Source: Macrostomum lignano
Taxonomy: Eukaryota
Length of the DNA: 64,000 bases
Assembly (NCBI GenBank): GCA_002269645.1
Contig: NIVC01000061.1
Location: 310,001-374,000 of the forward strand
Direction: 5' to 3'
Below, one piece after another: positions 41,630-54,687 of the stretch. Each line of letters starts with the position of its first letter. Position 1 is the first letter of the stretch. The notes below the pieces were generated by a model, which was given only the letters and a program-made list of their open reading frames with translations, did no database searches and was not told the origin of the DNA. The position numbers and the translations under genes are program-made.

Positions 41630-44210
41630 CTTGAGGTCCATGATGTCACGCGTGTGGCAAAGTGCCAATGGACTGATCTTCTGAGGTGGTTTGGGGGTGT
41701 AGGGCTTCGTGGGCACGTTGATTATTGCTTAAGTAGCTCGTATATGCACTTCATTGATTGCTCGTCCTCGCGTATACGTGTATCGTGTACTAATGTACGT
41801 CGTGCTTATTAAATATATATGCGCGTGCGCTAACTAGCATTCGCTCAAGTTTTTCTCGAGAGGTTCTAACTTACTTAACTAGTGGAGTCCGTGGAATTAT
41901 TACAACGCGGTGTACAAGGCGATGGTCGAATCTGTTGTCTGGCACGCGGACGCGGCCTGGATGCCCTGGTTGTCCAACTCCAGGCTTTAAGAAATCGATT
42001 GTTCCCCATAGAGAAGCGCTTCGTCTCATCTGTGGTCTTCCAAAGTCCGAGGCGGTCTATCGCAAGTCTCGCTGTTTACCGGTCAGCGTCAAAGCCGAGC
42101 GGAGAAGGTCTTCAGAAGGCCGCCAATTGGTGACCCATGGAGAGAGCTCTGTGCCACTTCCACCCCCGCTCCTTCAGGGGGTGCCACTTCTACCCCCGCT
42201 CCTTCAGGGGGTGCCACTTCTACCCCCGCTCCTTCAGGGGGTGCCACTTCTACCCCCGCTCCTTCAGGGGTGCCACTTCTACCCCGCTCCTTCAGGGGGT
42301 GCCACTTCTACTCCCATTCGTCCAACTTATCAATAGACACGGTGCATGAAATCTTAACAGTGTACGAGTGGAAGCAACCGACGACTCAACTTGCTACGCT
42401 TGCTGATGTTTAGAGCCTTTGCAGTCTCATTTTGGAGCTTTTACTGCATCTAGTAGTTCTTGAGCAGCTCGCACTTCTTGAGCAGAGTACGGATCACGTA
42501 AATTTAAAGTGTCAACCAGACTGAGTAAGACTGGCCCTTCCTTGTTTTTCTCCTTATTGAAACTCAAATTTACATTCTTTCCTCATCTTTCTTATTTACA
42601 GCATACGGTATACCAGCTACATATATAATAGTTAGTCCTTTTCCTGGTCAATTTCCTAGTCTATTAAAGTATTAAAAGCAATTCTATATAAGTAGGAATT
42701 ATTGTTTTCTGAAGTACTCGTTACCTGGCAGAAGGTGGAGATGGCTGTCTGAGGTACCTGACAGAAAATTGCAGGTACATGCAACGATGGAAGTGAAGGG
42801 TGTCTGAAGGTGTCTGAAGGTGTTTTAAGGTCTCAGCTGTCTGAAGGTGTCTAACGTTAGCTGAAGGATCTGAAGGTGTCTGAAGGTGTCTGAAGGTGTT
42901 TGAAGGTGTCTGAAGGTGTCTAGCGTTAGATGAAGGATCTGAAGGTGTCTGAAGGTATCTGAAGGTGTTTGAAGGTGTCTGAAGGATCTGAAGGCGTCTG
43001 AAGGTGTCTGAAGGTGTTTGAAGGATCTGAAGGCGTCTGAAGGTGTCTGAAGGTGTTTGAAGGATCTGAAGGATCTGAAGGCGTCTGAAGGTGTTTGAAT
43101 GTGTCTGAAGGATCTGAAGGCGTCTGAAGGTGTTTGAATGTGTCTGAAGGATCTGAAGGCGTCTGAAGGTGTCTGAAGGTGTTTAAAGGTGTCTGAAGGA
43201 GCTGAAGATGTCTGAAGGTGACTGAAGGTGACTGAAGGTGACTGAAGGTGACTGAAGGTGACTGAAAGTGCCTAAAGATGACTGAAGGTGTCTGAAAGTG
43301 ACTGAAGATTTCTGAAGGTGTCCAAAAAGTTTCTGAAATCAAATATCCCTTACAGACTATTAGCCGAAATTAATTTAATTAATTTACCTGAGGCTGAGCT
43401 CACTCAGCAGGATCAAATCATGAATTAGTGAATATCCCCAGTTCAATGACAGCGGACCTTCATTTGGCAGAAAGAAGTGAATAAAGAAATATGTAAATAT
43501 ATTAGCAAGCTGTCTATCCTAAAAGAGATTTCTTAATTTGAGTGATGGAATCTTTATTAAATTGCTTCAATTATCAAAGCAGGAGACAAAAAAGCAAAAA
43601 TCTAATCTGCAAATTTGCTATTTTTTCTGCTTCGCTGCTTGAAAATAATGAAATTGGGGCCGCACCTCCAGGGCCAACTGAAAGCTTTCAGAAAGATTTT
43701 CTCACCACCTCAAGCAGTTTTTGCCTGCGGGCAGCGAAATACTAATTAGGATAAGGGATTAACTGACTCAGCTTTGATTTGCACGATAATGGGGCGTAGC
43801 CGGGATTCCTGAAACCTTGGGATGGCTTTTTGGGCGCTGCATCGTTTGAGGTGACGGCGCCAAAGCTGCTGCTGGGGGGGGGCGCCAAAGCTGCTGCTGG
43901 GGGGCGCCAAAGCTGCTGCGGGGGGGGAGGCGCCAAAGCTGCTGCTGGGGGCGCCAAAGCTGCTGCTGGGGGCGCCAAAGCTGCTGCTGGGGGGGGGGCG
44001 CCAAAGCTGCTGCTGGCGGGCGCCAAAGCTGCTGCTGGGGGGCGCCAAAGCTGCTGCTGGGGGGCGCCAAAGCTGCTGCTGGGCGGGGGAGCACCAGAGC
44101 TTCTGCTAGACTCCCCACTTTCCCCATGATACACTCCCCACGATTTACATGTATTCTCCGCGATCAAGTGATAACACCGGAAATTTTCCGGTGTTAATAC
44201 GAGCTCGCAT
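41271..44210 (-). CDS. Tentative multi-exon gene of unknown product
   Basis: Phase-compatible candidate exons 43457-43388, 42757-42725 and 41493-41271 with GT-AG borders. Upstream candidates 44210-44149 and 43724-43706 do not join cleanly. No recognisable domain. Confidence 0.25.
41515..41628. repeat. (CAGA)n microsatellite
   Basis: Direct reading of the sequence. Confidence 0.92.
41895..42130 (+). mobile_element. Decayed non-LTR retrotransposon (I/Nimb-like LINE) ORF2 fragment
   Basis: Reads YNAVYKAMVESVVWHADAAWMPWLSNSRL*EIDCS-HREALRLICGLPKSEAVYRKSRCLP across a stop and a frameshift. This is the typical region just downstream of LINE RT. Confidence 0.7.
42140..42312. repeat. 30-bp minisatellite
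   Basis: Unit GTGCCACTTCTACCCCCGCTCCTTCAGGGG. Confidence 0.93.
42800..43325. repeat. 10-bp (TCTGAAGGTG)-type array
   Basis: Direct reading of the sequence. Confidence 0.93.
43855..44090. repeat. GC-rich ~21-25-bp minisatellite
   Basis: Core GGCGCCAAAGCTGCTGCTGGGG. Confidence 0.93.
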
Positions 44211-44796
44211 TTTGTTGAAATTATAAAAGAAATCTGATTCACCTTATTTAAACAAATTTTTTTATGATTGTTAAAATTTATTCAATTAACGTATAAATTT
44301 CGCAAATAGCCGTCTATATAAATATTCTTGTATATTTAGTAAATACGTTTTTCAGCAAATCAGTTACCAAGAGCGAGGGTAATAATTAAGAAAAAAACCT
44401 GCTACTTTTTAAACTCGGCACACGAAATACCCGATGACAAATAAACACCAATTCAGTTTTGTTAATGCTTTGCATTGTGCGAACCTCTTAGAATCTATAA
44501 ATATTGTCTCCAAGGGCAGCGGGTTAACGTTGGTGCAGATTAACATGGACGACATGAGCTGACAAAAATGAAAACCACAAGACAAGTTCGGTGAAACAAC
44601 AATACTGCAAGCGGACTGCAAGACAGCTCAATAAATTTACGGCTGTTAATAAGAGTAAATAACCCGACACCAGGCGCAATTCAGACAGGTGTAAATCAAA
44701 ACGACAAAAGAATTTCGCCATAAAGTTATCAATGAGACATAACAGATTCCAAACTGTTGGCTAGAGATGTCAGATAGTAAAAATTACACAGGAGTC

Positions 44797-45350
44797 AGGT
44801 GACCTCTCAAGTTTACCTCAGGTGACCTCTCAAGTTTACTCCAGGTGACCTCTCAAGTTTACCTCAGGTGACCTCTCAAGTTTACTCCAGGTGACCTCTC
44901 AAGTTTACTCCAGGTGACCTCTCAAGTTTACCTCAGGTGACCTCTCAAGTTTACTCCAGGTGACCTCTCAAGTTTACTCCAGGTGACCTCTCAAGTTTAC
45001 CTCAGGTGACCTCTCAAGTTTACTCCAGGTGACCTCTCAAGTTTACCTCAGGTGACCTCTCAAGTTTACTCCAAGTGACCTCTCAAGTTTACCTCAGGTG
45101 ACCTCTCAAGTTTACTCCAGGTGACCTCTCAAGTTTACCTCAGGTGACCTCTCAAGTTTACTCCAAGTGACCTCTCAAGTTTACCTCAGGTGACCTCTCA
45201 AGTTTACTCCAGGTGACCTCTCAAGTTTACCCCTAAGGGGTCAGGTGACTCCCAAGTTTACCTCAAAAGTGTTAGGTGACCTCTTAATTTTACTCCAAAG
45301 GGGTCAGGTGACTCCCAAGTTTACCCCAAAGTGGTCAGACGACCTCTTAA
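44797..45350. repeat. 23-bp minisatellite
   Basis: Unit CAGGTGACCTCTCAAGTTTAC(TC/CT). Confidence 0.95.
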
Positions 45351-45780
45351 GTTACCTCAAATGGATTAGGTGACCTCTCAAATTAATTTTTTTTAATCCT
45401 ATCAATGATTTAAGCCTTAAGGTCTCTTCGTGGTAAATTGAATTGGCCATCTTCAAAAAAAAAAAAATCTCGTGCACTCTGCTGTACTGTAAGTAGTGCA
45501 GGTGGAGAGCTGCACTGTATAATAGAACTGATGCGAGAACAATGCAGTGTTTAGCACTAATACTGAGCAGACAAAAAACGAACGCTGGACTCCACAAGCA
45601 ACGGTCCTGGTTCAATACGAAGTAATTTGTAAGAAAACGATTACACGCTAATAAATTGGGGACCATTGGGACAAAAATATATAACATATAAAGGTAGCAG
45701 GTCAATCTTTAATTAGTTAGCCGGGAAGGACAGCTGACAAGGTATAACAAAGCCGTGCTCTATATGTACAGGCTGCACGG

Positions 45781-48700
45781 CTAGATGGCGATGGATCCCT
45801 GCCTCGGCGGATGCGGCAGTTGCCTTCGGCGCTGCTGCAGATCCAGCGGCTGCTGCTGCTGCTGATGCTGCTGCTGATGCGACATCATCGCCATCGGCGG
45901 CTGCTGAGATGTCGACTGCTGACGGTCGATGCGCAGCTGCCTGTCGCTGCGGAAGTCCTCCGGATCGCCGCTCCACAGCCCGCCGCTGCCGCCGCCGGCC
46001 GCGCCTCGCTGCTGCTGCTGCTGCAGTGGCATTCGCTGCGGCGGCTGCTGGTACAGCTGCAGCGAGGGGACATGGCGCGGCAGGTGCGGCACCGCCGCCT
46101 GCGGATGGTGAAACTCGGCGCCGGGGCGGCCGCCAGGATTTTGGCCGGCCAGGCCGAGGAGGCGCTCCGCCTTGCTGAGCATCGAGGGCGGATGAGTGGC
46201 GCGCCAGTAGGCCTCCAGGTATTCAGACAGGTGCTCGCACGCGTCCTCCAACTGATTCTCGTCCAGGACAACGTCGTAGAAGTCCTGGGTGTTTTTTTTA
46301 ATTTGACCCCAGTTCAAGGTCATATAGATAGGAATCACCCCCTTCAAGGTCATATAGATAGGAATCACCCCAGTTCAAGGTCATATAGATAGGAATCACC
46401 CCAGTTCAAGGTCATATAGATAGGAATCACCCCAGTTCAAGGTCATATAGATAGGAATCACCCCAGTTCAAGGTCATATAGATAGGAATCACCCCCTTCA
46501 AGGTCATATAGATAGGAATCACCCCAGTTCAAGGTCATATACAATAGATAGGAATCACCCCAGTTCAAGGTCATATAGATAGGAATCACCCCCTTCAAGG
46601 TCATATAGATAGGAATCACCCCGGTTCAAGGTCATATAGATAGGAATCACCCCCTTCAAGGTCATATAGATAGGAATCACCCCAGTTCAAGGTCATATAG
46701 ATAGGAATCACCCCAGTTCAAGGTAATATAGATAGGAATCACCCCTGTTCAAGGTCATATAGATAAGAATCACCCCAGTTCAAGGTCACACTAGATAAGA
46801 ATCACCCCAGTTCAAGGTCACATTAGATAAGAATTACCCCAATGTCACACTGTACTCACAGCACTGCACTGCAGCAGCTTCTCCGCCAAGCTCAATTGCT
46901 GAGTCATGCTGCGACTCTGCGATTTGCCCCGACTTTTAATCAGTCTCTGAAGCACCTTGACCGAAGAGATCTTCAGGTACACAATGATTGGCGCCAGGGA
47001 GGTCTTGGCGAGCTGGCCCGGGTGATTGATGGTGTCGCAGTCCAGCACCACGAGCTGCAGGGTGCGGGCCAGCTCAAATATGCGCTCGATCTCCTGCTGC
47101 ACTTCGGCTGGAAGTGGAGGAGGAGCTCAAATCAACAGTCATAGTAAGAGCCGTCATGCATCAAAGCATAATTATACGGACTAAATGCATGGCGCTAAAA
47201 CACCCTGCAACATGGCGCCAAAATACCCTGAAACATGGCGCCAAAACACCCTGCAACATGGCGCCAAAACACCCTGCAACATGGCACTAACCCTGCAAAA
47301 TGGCACTAAAACACCCTGCAACATGGCACTAACCCTGCAAAATGGCACTAAAACACCCTGCAACATGGCGCTAAAACACCCTGCAACATGGCGCTAAAAC
47401 ACCCTGCAACATGGCGCCAAAACACCCTGCAACATGGCACTAACCCTGCAACATGGCACTAAAACACCCTGCAACATGGCAATAAAACACCCTGCAACAT
47501 GGCGCTAAAACACCCTGCAACATGGCGCCAAAATACCCTGAAACATGGCGCCAAAACACCCTGCAACATGGCGCCAAAACACCCTGCAACATGGCGCCAA
47601 AACACCCTGCAACATGGCACTAACCCTGCAAAATGGCACTAAAACACCCTGCAACATGGCACTAACCCTGCAAAATGGCACTAAAACACCCTGCAACATG
47701 GCGCTAAAACACCCTGCAACATGGCGCCAAAATACCCTGAAACATGGCGCCAAAACACCCTGCAACATGGCGCCAAAACACCCTGCAACATGGCGCCAAA
47801 ACACCCTGCAACATGGCACTAACCCTGCAAAATGGCACTAAAACACCCTGCAACATGGCGCCAAAACACCCTGCAACATGGCGCCAAAACACCCTGCAAC
47901 ATGGCGCCAAAACACCCTGCAACATGGCGCCAAAACACCCTGCAACATGGCGCCAAAATACCCTGCAACATGGCGCTAAAACACCCTGCAACATGGCGCT
48001 AAAACACCCCGAAACATGGCGCCAAAACACCCTGAAACATGGCCCCAAAACACCCTGCAACATGGCGCTAAAACACCCTGCAACATGGCGCTAAAACACC
48101 CTGCAAAATGGCGCTAAAACACCCTGCAACATGGCGCCAAAATACCCTGAAACATGGCGCCAAAACACCCTGCAACATGGCGCCAAAACACCCTGCAACA
48201 TGGCACTAACCCTGCAAAATGGCACTAAAACACCCTGCAACATGGCACTAACCCTGCAAAATGGCACTAAAACACCCTGCAACATGGCGCTAAAACACCC
48301 TGCAACATGGCGCTAAAACACCCTGCAACATGGCGCCAAAACACCCTGCAACATGGCACTAACCCTGCAACATGGCACTAAAACACCCTGCAACATGGCA
48401 ATAAAACACCCTGCAACATGGCGCTAAAACACCCTGCAACATGGCGCCAAAATACCCTGAAACATGGCGCCAAAACACCCTGCAACATGGCGCCAAAACA
48501 CCCTGCAACATGGCGCCAGAACTCACCAATATTGCTGGCCCGAGTGCCCCTATCGATGAGGACATTCCTCCGGCTTGGATTGTTCAGCACGCTCCGCTTT
48601 GCCAGTGAAATGTCCGATGACACCTGCGTGATGATGATTCGGCCTTCAAATCGGCGCTTCAGAAAATCAAAGATGGCGCGCTGCATCATGTCGGTGACTT

Positions 48701-51700
48701 CGTAGCCTTTCAGGCTGGGCCCAATCAGCACCACGGGCCGCATGGAGGGCACCACTTCGTAGGGTGGCGCTGAGTCCGTCTGAAGATTGAAATGGGGGCG
48801 GATTTGCACTTCTTAGTTAAACAAACAGCGTACTATTATTGTTGTGTACTTTAATAAGCAACCACAAAGGCACACTTGAAGTACAAGCGAGAACATTTGT
48901 ACTATTTAAAACCAAGCGGGTAGAAAATCAAGCAATTTATTATTTCAAAAACAGCATTGCAGTTCAAGCTGAATCTGGGAGAAGTTCGAGTTTTAAATAC
49001 GTTCAAAGCTAATCTCTTTGCACTGAATCAGGCATTCAATGTTGCATAGATAGAGAAATACAACGGATTGCTAATCTCTCTCAGTTGGTGGATTAGAATG
49101 GATTGCTAATCTCTCTCAGTTGGTGGATTAGAATGGATTGCTAATCTCTCTCAGTTGGTGGATTAGAATGGATTGCTAATCCCTTTCAGTTGGTGGATTA
49201 GAATGGATTGCTAATCCCTTTCAGTTGGTGGATTAGAATGGATTGCTAATCCCTTTCAGTTGGTGGATTAGAATGGATTGCTAATCCCTTTCAGTTGGTG
49301 GATTAGAATGGATTGCTAATCCCTTTCAGTTGGTGGATTAGAATGGATTGCTAATCCCTTTCAGTTGGTGGATTAGAATGGATTGCTAATCCCTTTCAGT
49401 TGGTGGATTAGAATGGATTGCTAATCCCTTTCAGTTGGTGGATTAGAATGGATTGCTAATCTCTCTCTGTTGGTGGATTAGAATGGATTGCTAATCTATC
49501 TCTCAAAGTTAGTTGATTGGAATGGATTGCTAATCCCTTTCAGTTGGTGGATTAGAATGGATTGCTAATCCCTTTCAGTTGGTGGATTAGAATGGATTGC
49601 TAATCCCTTTCAGTTGGTGGATTAGAATGAATTGCTAATCCCTTTCAGTTGGTGGATTAGAATGGATTGCTAATCCCTTTCAGTTGGTGGATTAGAATGG
49701 ATTGCTAATCCCTTTCAGTTGGTGGATTAGAATGGATTGCTAATCTCTCTCTGTTGGTGGATTAGAATGGATTGCTAATCTATTTCTCAAAGTTAGTTGA
49801 TTAGAATGGATTGCTAATCTATTTCTCAAAGTTAATTGATTAGAATGGATTGCTAATCTATCTCTCAAAGTTAGTAAATTGGAATGGATTGCTAATCTAT
49901 CTCTCATAGTTGGTGGATTAGAATGGATTGCTAATCTATCTCTCAAAGTTAGTTGATTAGAATGGATTGCTAATCTATTACTCAAAGTTAATTGATTAGA
50001 ATGGATTGCTAATCTATCTCTCAAGGTTAGTTGATTAGAATGGATTGCTAATCTATCTCTCATAGTTGATGGATTAGAATGGATTGCTAATCCCTTTCAG
50101 TTGGTGGATTAGAATGGATTGCTAATCTCTTTCAGTTGGTGGATTAGAATGGATTGCTAATCTATCTCTCAAAGTTATTAAATTAAAATGGATTGCTAAT
50201 CTATCTCTCAAGGTTAGTTGATTAGAATGGATTGCTAATCTATCTCTCAAAGTTAGTTGATTAGAATGGATTGCTAATCTATTACTCAAAGTTAGTTGAT
50301 TAGAATGGATTGCTAAACTATCCCTCAAAGTTAGTTGATTAGAATGGATTGCTAATCTATCTCTCAAGGTTAGTTGATTAGAATGTATTGCTAATCTATT
50401 ACTCAAAGTTAATTGGTTAGAATGGATTGCTAATCTATCTCTCAAAGTTAGTTGATTAGAATGGATTGCTAAACTATCTTTCAATGTTTGTTGATTAGAA
50501 TGGATTGCTAATCTATCTCTCATAGTTGGTGGATTAGAATGGATTGCTAATCTATCTCTCATAGTTGGTGGATTAGAATGGATTGCTAATCTATTACTCA
50601 AAGTTAGTTGATTAGAATGGATTGCTAATCTATCTCTCACGAATAAAATTAGCAAATTCCGAATCTTAAACAGCTGTTACAATTCTTCAACTTGCATGCC
50701 AGCTCACGGCAAATCAATGACAAAAGCGAGCTCCAAGTCCGGCATGTGTCGGCAAACTTGGTAAAATCTGAAACTAGTGACAAAATCTTTAACAATGCAA
50801 TTTATAATGGCATGCAATGCCGCCATTCGGCCTGACTAAGTCACGTGATCCGATTCGCACCGAAAAAACCACTTTCGGGCCTTCGTCGTTTCCGACACCG
50901 CCACCGCCGCTGCCGCCGCCACCGCCGCTGCCGCCGCCACCGCCGCTGCCGCCGCCTACGACGACTGCACCGCCGTTATTGCTGCCGTTGCTGGCTTGAG
51001 CCTCATAAACAATGCGCTCATTAGTGCCGTATGTCACCTGATATTCCATTATATGAGCTAAATGATATGAGCTGTGAGCTAAATTAATTGACACTTATTG
51101 ACACTTTAACTAGGTGTCAATAGTTTTATGATATGATTGCTAATTAGAAGTTTTAATTGATTTAAAATCAGCCTTAAGCATTCCAGCGAGTTCGTCCACT
51201 GTGCGACCTTGCGAGATGACTGAGCTCAAGGGCGGTGGGGGAGTTGGGCAGAGGCGGGAAGGGAGTTGGGGAGAGGCGGGAAGGGAGTTGGGGAAAGGCG
51301 GGAAGGGAGTTGGGGAAAGGCGGGAAGGGAGTTGGGGAGAGGCAGGAAGGGAGTTGGGGAGAGGCGGGAAGGGAGTTGGGGAAAGGCGGGAAGGGAGTTG
51401 GGGAAAGGCGGGAAGGGAGTTGGGGAGAGGCAGGAAGGGAGTTGGGGAGAGGCGGGAAGGGAGTTGGGGAGAGGCGGGAAGGGAGTTGGGGAGAGGCGGG
51501 GAGGGAGTTGGGGAGAGGCGGGGAGGGAGTTGGGGAGAGGCGGGGAGGGAGTTGGGGAGAGGCGGGGAGGGAGTTGGGGAGAGGCGGGGAGGGAGTTGGG
51601 GAGAGGCGGGGAGGGAGTTGGGGAGAGGCGGGGAGGGAGTTGGGGAGAGGCGGGAGGGAGTTGGGGAGAGGCGGAGGAGTTAAAACTCAAAGGGATGGAG

Positions 51701-54656
51701 AAGAGTGTTATTAGGCAAAAGGAAAAACCGCGGCTTTACCTTCTTGAAGAAGGCCTTCTTTTTTGTCGGGTCAGCAGCAGCAGCGGCAGCAGCGGCGGCC
51801 GACGAGCCAGACTTGCCAGTGCGGCCGCCGCCGCCGCCGTAGCCAAGCGAATCAGCGTCGCCAGAGTCATCCAGTAGCGCCGGCTCCATCAGCGGCGCCT
51901 GGTTTGTCGGTGGCGGCGTGTTGGCGTTGGCGCCTGCGCGAGAGAGCAACGGAGGGAGAGTGCTATGTCTGCTGGGCATTGCATGACATTTTGTTGATGA
52001 AGAAACACTTGTATTTTTAGTACCTATTTTTGGTGCAGTTGTGGTATATTTTTGTGCTATCAGTTCGGTTAAGAGTGCAACTCGAGTGTATTCATATTAG
52101 GACTTTTTATAAGTACTATTGTTGCTTGTTTGTCTACGCTCCGTTATTAAGAATGCTCGCATCATGTCTATTCGGAGTGTCTATTCGGAGTGCTCATAGT
52201 GTCTATCCGGACTGGTCATAGTGTCTATTCGAAGTGCTTATAGTGTCTATCCGGAGTGCTAATTGTGTCTATCCGGAGTGCTCATAATATCTATCCGGAG
52301 TGCTCATAGTATCTATCCGGAGTGCTCATAGTGTTTATCCGGAATGCTCATAATGATTATTCGAAGTGCTAATTGTGTCTATCCGGAGTGCTAATTGTGT
52401 CTATCCGGAGTGCTCATAATGTCTATCCGGAGTGCTCATAGTGTCTATTCGGAGGGTTCATAGTGTCTTTTTGAAGTGCTCATAGTGTCTATCCGGAGTG
52501 CTCATAGTATCTATCCGGAGTGCTCATAGTGTCTATCCGGAGTGCTCATAGTGTCTATTTGGAGTGCTCATAGTGTCTATCCGGAGTGCTCATAGTGTCT
52601 ATTTGGAGTGCTCATTATGTTTATTTGGAGTGCTCATCATGTCTATTTGGAGTGCATATCATGTCTATTTGGAGTGCTCATAGTGTCTATCCGGAGTGCT
52701 CATAGTATCTATCCGGAGTGCTCATAGTGTCTATCCGGAGTGCTCATAGTGTCTATTCGGAGTGCTCATAGTGTCTATTCGAAGTGCTTATAGTGTCTTT
52801 CCGGAGTGCTCATAGTGTCTATCCGGAGTGCTCATAGTGTCTATCCGGAGTGCTCATAGTGTCTATCCGGAGTGCTCATAGTGTCTATCCAGAGTGCTAA
52901 TTGTGTCTATCTGGGGTGCTCATCATCAGTAGTGCTCATCCTGAGCATGTCTCTCACCCGTGCCCTGAGCGGCTGCAGTTTTCGAAGCGCCGCTGCCGCC
53001 GCCTCCGCTGCGCTGCTGCGCCTTGAGGTTGTCCAGCCGGGCCGGGGACGGCACGAACTGGCAGTCGCTGCCCTCCCGGATCAGCCGGCCGATCCACCAG
53101 TAGCCGTCGAATTTCTCTTTGATGTGCAGGAAGTCGCGCACTGAGAACGAGATGGCCTGGCCGGGCACCGGGCACTCGGTGTCGTTGGCGCCATCGTAGG
53201 AGACGTTGGTTCGAACCGCGAATGCCACCGGCTTTGTCTTGGCCTTCTCCAGCTGCTCGGAGGCCTGGCGCTGCCGCTCCCGACGGGTGTCCTCGTCTAT
53301 GACGCTGGCCGCCTCCGCTGAGCTCTGCTCGGACCCGTTGGACTCGGCGCTGCCCTGCATGCGGGGGCGGACTGACTGACTGACTGACTGACTGACTGAC
53401 TGACTGACTGACTGACTGACTGACTGACTGACTGACTGACTGACTGACTGACTGACTGACTGACTGACTGACTGACTGACTGACTGACTGACTGACTGAC
53501 TGACTGACTGACTGACTGACTGACTGACTGACTGACTGACTGACTGACTGACTGACTGACTGACTGACTGACTGACTGACTGACTGACTGACTGACTGCC
53601 TGACTACTTAAAATAAAAGTAGTGTCCTGGGAATTTTGTCAATTTTTGAAGCCGAAGTTAAAAAGCGAATACAGTTTGAGCAGGGGCCACATGCGGCCCG
53701 AGAAGCCTCTCTATCCTGTTCTTGGATCCTTTGAAACTCTATAATAGCAATGCAGCCTGCTCAAGGTTTGTGTCGCAGCGCTACTCTTTTCCTTCTCATC
53801 TTCGCTCTCCTCTCATCCTTTCTCTCATCCTATCTTTTCGCACCTCGTCTTCTCTCTCCTCCCATTTTCTCTCTCATCTCATCTCCTCTCACATCATCTC
53901 AGCCTGCAGGCATTAGCTGGATTCTCTATCCGGCTCTTCAGTCACAAATGTTTTTTTTCAAGCTTCGAAAAATAAAACCTGTTTGAAAAATTTCAAAGCA
54001 GACGCATTTGGATACTCAATACTCAAGCCGGAGACTCAATTTTCGGCTAAAATTTTCGCCCCAAGCCTCGTTCTATCGAAACGTTTGCAATTTTTGTAGA
54101 GAGACAAATAATAATCCGCTCTGCACACACTGCAGACTTCGTGTAGTGGAATTTTTTTAAACGACGGCTTCCGGACTCCAGTCGGTGTCGATAGGAGGAG
54201 GAAGAGGAGGAAGCGACGGCAGTTCAAATGTACTTTTACTGGCACGCGCAGAACCAGTTTGGTCCCCAGCGGGTATAATTCAAAAATGCAATGCGGCGCT
54301 GCACCCTGAACTACCTCCCCTCATCCCCGCCTCGGTGGTGCGCTGTGGATCGGGAGACCCTGGCGAGTGCCAGAGAGAGAGAGAGGGGGGGGGAGAAACG
54401 GTGATTCAGCCCGGTTGTGAAAGGTTGCCATAAAATGCCACTAACCGACCGATAAGACGATATTTCCTCTTCCTAGGGCCACACAGCCAGTTGTGCATGC
54501 ATGCGGATATAACCGCTGTAATATCCTGCCAGCCCGAAATCCTTTATTGGCCGCCGCGGTGTTCCAAGCTACAAGTAGTTCTTAATTTTCCAGTATTCTA
54601 CAAGGCCTCTGCATCTTATAGTCTTACGTGACTGCCACTGAACCAGATGCTGGCTG

Positions 54657-54687
<31 letters not shown>

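Noticed and set aside
53355-53360. ATG CAG before the CACNB exon as the true start (MQGSAES)
   Set aside because: The CAG is the acceptor for the upstream exon ending in IRQ, which matches known beta subunits. It remains possible only as a minor isoform from a promoter at 54-55 kb.
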